Assembly (NCBI GenBank): GCA_000708835.1
Contig: DF237071.1
Span: 121,945 to 185,944, forward strand
Reading direction: 5' to 3'
Length of the DNA stretch: 64,000 nt
Source: Klebsormidium nitens
Lineage: Eukaryota; Plantae; Klebsormidiophyceae
Position numbers and translations under genes: made by a program. The notes under the pieces are model-generated. The model was given only the letters and a program-made list of their open reading frames with translations, did not search any database and was not told the origin of the DNA. Position 1 is the first letter of the stretch; the number at the start of each line of letters is the position of its first letter. Shown here piece by piece: positions 59,176-64,000 of the stretch.

Positions 59176-62100
59176 TCAGCGGCGGTTGACGACTCCGCAA
59201 TTTCGGCGGATCTCGCCTTCCTGTCCCGTTTTGACGCCGATCATGGACATGCGCACCCACGCGTGGCTAAAGTTTTTGAAGAAGGCCCTCTCGTTCTGCA
59301 CGGCACGTCAGAGGGGTGTCAGATTCCGGGGGATGTGATTAGCGTTGGAATACTTGACAGGGAAATTTGTAGGTAGTGGTTGAATTTGACATGTGGGCGG
59401 TTGCGGATAGCAAAAGTTCTCAATTCGACTTGCACGTTAGTCTTCGTAGAAGGTAATAAAATTTCTCAACGCTATCCTCGACGCTTTGTATTTCGGTAGG
59501 AGCGGCCATCGGAGCGTCTCTCAGGATGTCTTTCTCTCTGTCTCAAAGTTTGCAAGCGGGGTCGCATGGGTGCATTGTCAATGGAAGGGGAGGCAGGACA
59601 TGTGTTCGTTCATTCCAACGGTCGTAGAGAGGATCGACTGGAATCTGTTTGCTCAGCATAAAAAAGAGCTTAAAACCAGGACTCGCGAATGCAGCGGAGC
59701 CCACTTCGACCCCGTCCGTCAACAGCAGATTTCCGCTCTTCCGTTTTCCGGCACGCAATTTCCAAACGTCTCGCCATAAGAATATATATTCTTGAGGAAG
59801 ACGCGCGCGAGCGCTCACCGTCGCCATCCGTTGGACGAGCTTCACCGTCCGATTGTCATGCGCGAGCACCTCATCGGACGCCAGCACGCCGCGCCCCTGG
59901 AGCAGATTCTTGTAGTACTGGTTGTCGAAGGTCGCATTCGTGGCCACGTCGAGGGGCACTGTTATCGTCGGGTCGTTCACCCGGGGATTGCACTGCAAAC
60001 CATGTGTTTGGGACATAGTTAAAAGCAGATTTTTGATTCTAGGACTACTCAAAAGAGCGTAATATTGATTTTCATGACCTTTTTTGTAGTACTGGTTGTC
60101 AAAAGTCGGGTTGCTGGCTATGTGCGGGGCACCGTGACTCTCGGTCGTTGATGCGGGGGTTGCAGTGCAATCAACTTTGAACATGGCAATCAGGGTTAGG
60201 TTTTAACCCGGTGCTACGGAACGAGGCAGAAGTTTCTTCGAAGCAGGTTCTTATTGCAGTGGGCCGTGCACATAAAACGTACAATGCGGATGCCTGTAGA
60301 ACGGGTGCAAGTCGGATCCCATCCTTGGGAAGTGTTATCCAGTGAGAGTGGATATTGAACGTGGAGCGCTCATAAGCTTTTGTGGTAGCAAACCACGTTG
60401 AAGAGGTCATGGGGAACCAACGACATTGTGGTTAACAGCCACACGCCGTTTTCCAGGTGTTGGGAGCAGGAAAGCCAGTAGATCCGTTTCGGCGAAAGAT
60501 CTACGTACCGTGCTGAAGTGGGTTCTGATGCGCGACAAGATGCTAGAATTCTGAAAACACGAACGTCGTCAGGGTGACGTCAGGCGTTCTGATTCTTACG
60601 ACGCCCGCCGTGATAATGCTTCTCACCTGCTGTGTAAGATTTTGCGCTAGGGCTGGGTCGAGCGTCGGATCGACCGGTAGAAGACGGTCAACCACGTTGC
60701 TGCAGTGCGCTTTGCCGAAGGTATGGGCCCCTGCGCACGGAGAAGCGAAGAGAAGACTTGAAGGGAAAGAAGCGCGTTTGTTTTCTATCAAGTATCTGAC
60801 TTCTGGTTCCGGATGCGTAGAGACTTGGAGCAACAGATTCGCCGGTCGAACACAAAAGCTCGAAGCGTTTGCTAGAGAAGCGCGGTGTGTGGGTTCTGCA
60901 CCCTCGGGCTCTAGTCGAAGCGCGCGTCTTACTTTGAAAAAAAGATATCAAAATACTACTCATAAGTTTGAAGTATAACGGGTGCTCACGCAGCCAACAC
61001 TCAGTTCATCCAGAATCTACCACTACGCCTCCACTAAGGCAGGTCTGAACCACGCAAAGCAGGGCAAGTACTGAGGCCTTGTCTTACTATGACAACCGGA
61101 GACTGCGGGGTTGAAGCCATTCGACTGCAAGCAGTCTTACTTACCAACCGGCACATGGAGCGGGCGGTCGAGCTCTTCAAATTCTCCTTACTGCGCCGTT
61201 CCATTCTGCAGAACAAGGTCCGTAAAACCCCACGAAGATTCATCTCCGACCCCGGCTGTCTTGATTGCCCACATCCAAACGCACCAAACCGCTTGATACT
61301 TCGCACAAGGTCTCAAGCAGCGTGTTGCTCACCAGAAAGAATTACCATGTCCCCCAGAGTCAGCCCGACGGCGGCAAACGACGCGTTGAGAACCGTCACA
61401 TTCATCGTTACGTTCGGCATGGCCGCGAGCGCGGCCGCCTTGGAGGAAACGCGGCCGTCGACGCGCCCCAGCGGCATCGAGATGTTGGGCCCCCCAGACT
61501 GCATAAAGCGAAAACAAGTTCTCTAAATTGGAACCTCCCACTATGTGAGACAGTTGGGGCCGCTTCAGTATGACTCGAGAGAAGCGTCGCCGTCGTGTGC
61601 ATATAAGAAGATGGTGTGGTAGACTGCACAGAATATTGAACGGCTGCATTGTAGAAAAGTAAGAGCGACTGTCTTGAGAGGAGACGCGCCCATAAAGGGC
61701 TCGACATGTTTGGACCTCCGGACTGCATTGCGCAGCGATGATTCTTGACCGACAAAAGTCGGCGGGCCAATCCGGTGACCTTTTGAAATCAGAGTCGGCA
61801 TTGTGAAAGTACAAGATGTGAGCGTTCTGTACTCCTGCTGTTGACTCAAATAGGAGGACACGTGAAAGCAGAGATATCGATCATTCACTGATCGTCTTGA
61901 AGTAGTTAAGCCTGTACTTTGTGATTGGTTCAGTGGTGAAGATTCAATCTTGGCAAGCAATGGAGATTGGAAGCCAGTTAACGTACGCACCTGGAAGATT
62001 GACTCGGTACTGGCGAGAGCAACGATATCCGCGCACGACACGGTGCTAGGGCAAACCGTCTCTATGTGGGCCTTGATGTCATCAATAACGTCAAATCCCG

Positions 62101-62971
62101 CCAGCGTCATGCTTTGAAATGCGTCCTTCTCGCCCGAGATTGAGGCCGTCGAATTCAGGAGAACAGAGGCGTCGCAACCCTACAGAACAAGACGTACTAT
62201 GGTTTTTTTTTCTTGATAGGCAGAGGACAGGACTATTTGACCTTCAACCAAACGGGGGGGCAAAATAACGGGAGTCACTGAGGAGGTGGTAAAGAAAACT
62301 TACACTATTTATGTTGCAAGTGGACATGGGCAGCAGTAGCAGGAACTTTGCTTTGTTTCAGTGCCTTTTTCAGCTATGGATTTTGAATCTGCTTATTTTC
62401 TGTTGGTTTTGTAATGCTTGGCATTTTCTTGGGTTATTTCACGATGATTTTACCACCATCTCCGCCAGTCTACTCTCTCTGGAGGACAGGCATGCAGGCG
62501 TTGCCTCATGCAGGGTCTCGTCTCCGTGTACTCTAGCCACCTTCTCAGTTTGGACTGCCAGTTCCGATGCATGCCTGTATTCTGACCTGCAGCTCCTGTG
62601 AACCATTAAGGACGAAAAGCGCCAGTTCGAACTGAGGCCTGTGTGTAGGTTGTGAGATTTGAGAGCTAATGAAGAGCAAAGAGACAAAGGGTGAAAATTG
62701 AACTAGCGCAGGAAAGCAACAGTCTGTGGGAGCTCACCTCAACAAAGCAATCGTGGAAGAGCAGCCGAGCCACGGAGCCCGCCACTGTTCTATCCTCTTT
62801 GAACGCAACCGCTAACCTTTCCCTAACCACTTCATGCACTTGCGGGCATGACGTTGCATAGTACGTCACATTGAGGGGCGACACTATGCTTATTGCGATG
62901 ACCGTTTGATTGAGCCAGCTGACTGCTAGTAACGTCAGCAGGATGTGCCAAGAGAAGGTCGGTGGCGCCAT
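59176..62971 (-). CDS. Class III secretory plant peroxidase, 328 aa
   Basis: Exons 62971-62738, 62179-61991, 61498-61333, 60730-60627, 59992-59819, 59295-59176; 987 nt. Signal peptide, RLLFHDCFVEGCDASVLL (distal Arg/His), VSCADI, LGRVDG, GAHTFG (proximal His), FDNQYY and GEIRRNC. Confidence 0.96.
60084..60169 (-). repeat. Decayed intronic copy of the first 28 codons of peroxidase exon 5
   Basis: Matches 59910-59997, including 17 identical nt around DNQYYK. The acceptor has mutated AG to AC and the copy is 2 nt shorter. Confidence 0.8.
61702..61728 (-). repeat. Duplicated acceptor plus start of peroxidase exon 3
   Basis: atgcag|SGGPNMS at 61722 vs atgcag|SGGPNIS at 61498; 22/27 identical. 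Confidence 0.7.
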
Positions 62972-64000
62972 TAGACTGCTTTGCTGGAGCTGAAGAGAGC
63001 CCCGCTGTATAGCTAGAAGTTTGTGTTGAATCTGCTTTGAGCAAGAAGCACAAACTTTGTACGAAGAACTTGCATAAAGTTGCACCAATCTACACTTTTA
63101 CAAGTGGAGGGATAGAGGGATCTGCTTTTGGTTCAGATACATGGCCCGTCCGGCATGCAGCTGTTCCTGGCACGCGGGATTTGTTCAATGCTAATAGGAG
63201 CTCTTCCAATTTGAAGTTTGTAATTCTCAGTCTTTCGTTGATTTCTGAGCTCTCTAGTGTTCTTTTGCGAGCTAGTTGCAAGCGAAAAGAGTGGATGTAG
63301 AGCTCTTTGCACTCGAGGAGCTCTCTTACGCAAAGTGAAGGCAGGAAGTTAGACGTAGCTGGAGCACATTCCAAGGATTCCCAAACCAGCTGGGCATCCC
63401 CTGGGCATATCTTGAATGCTGCAATGCTGGTTCTTGGAGTAATGTCTGTTTGTAGCTGTTGCTTTCAACCTTCGCATTTTAATATGCCCTGTTGATGCAG
63501 AAGGGTTAACTCCAGTTGATAAAGTCTCAGCAAGGTGTGCAGGTGCACTGACAGCTCTGCTTGTACACTTACAATCGACAAGTGGAAAGAATACCGTAGT
63601 CCTGGCAATCCCTTCAGGTACATGACGGTCCTGGGAAAAGGTTTCGAAAACTCGGTTAGGAAAGAGTGTCAGCGTATGGACAGCGCCAGTACCAGAGGGC
63701 CGGTAGCAGGTAGAACCATTCTCACTAGCTGTTGTCCTGTTGATTGCAAACCAGGCGACGTTGCGGAGGCATATTTGACTGCAAAGTGCATCCGCTACCT
63801 AAGGCTACATTCTGAACATTGCTGATTTCTTCACAGCATTCCGGTGAGCCCCAGGTTCATTTCGTGTGAATGTGGCCACTGGCAACCGAACCCTGTTTCG
63901 TCGGTCCGAAGGCAACAGTTTTGCGAACTCAAGTTCACCATCGATATTTGGCAGGCCTTCATTTCTCGCCGTCGATTCTATAGCAGGGCAGTGCATCTAC

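Noticed and set aside
63300-64000. ORFs at the right edge (63535-63825 +, 63805-63996 -)
   Set aside because: Short, no recognisable motif and truncated context.

Overview
This is gene-dense, intron-rich eukaryotic nuclear DNA with GT-AG introns of roughly 0.2-1.8 kb and GC-rich exons. The gene set points to a streptophyte green alga such as Klebsormidium (inference): a secretory class III peroxidase, PNGase A, monofunctional HisD with a transit-peptide-like extension, and a plant-type jagunal. I reconstructed by hand 8 multi-exon genes, 1 single-exon gene and 1 partial gene. In order they are: a Cys-rich/EGF-like terminal exon (+), a 1387-aa ARM-repeat protein with a ~950-aa disordered N-terminus (-), PNGase A (+), histidinol dehydrogenase (-), a DUG3/EgtC-like class II glutamine amidotransferase spliced in frame to a WD40 region (-), a short protein with SIAMESE-related CDK-inhibitor-like motifs (+), jagunal (+), NOM1/Sgd1 (-), a stand-alone MUS81-type winged-helix protein (+) and a class III peroxidase (-). 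A decayed retroelement RT-like remnant probably lies near 38.4-38.9 kb. No rRNA, tRNA or CRISPR array is supported. Two observations stand out. (1) The DUG3-WD40 fusion resembles a Rosetta-stone version of the fungal Dug2p-Dug3p glutathione-degrading complex. (2) About 10 of the 45 introns carry tandem 'echo' copies of the adjacent splice junction plus exon end, including a four-copy array of acceptors in NOM1, and their differences fall mostly at codon third positions. All exon coordinates and identity counts were made by eye and need RNA-seq and alignment confirmation.
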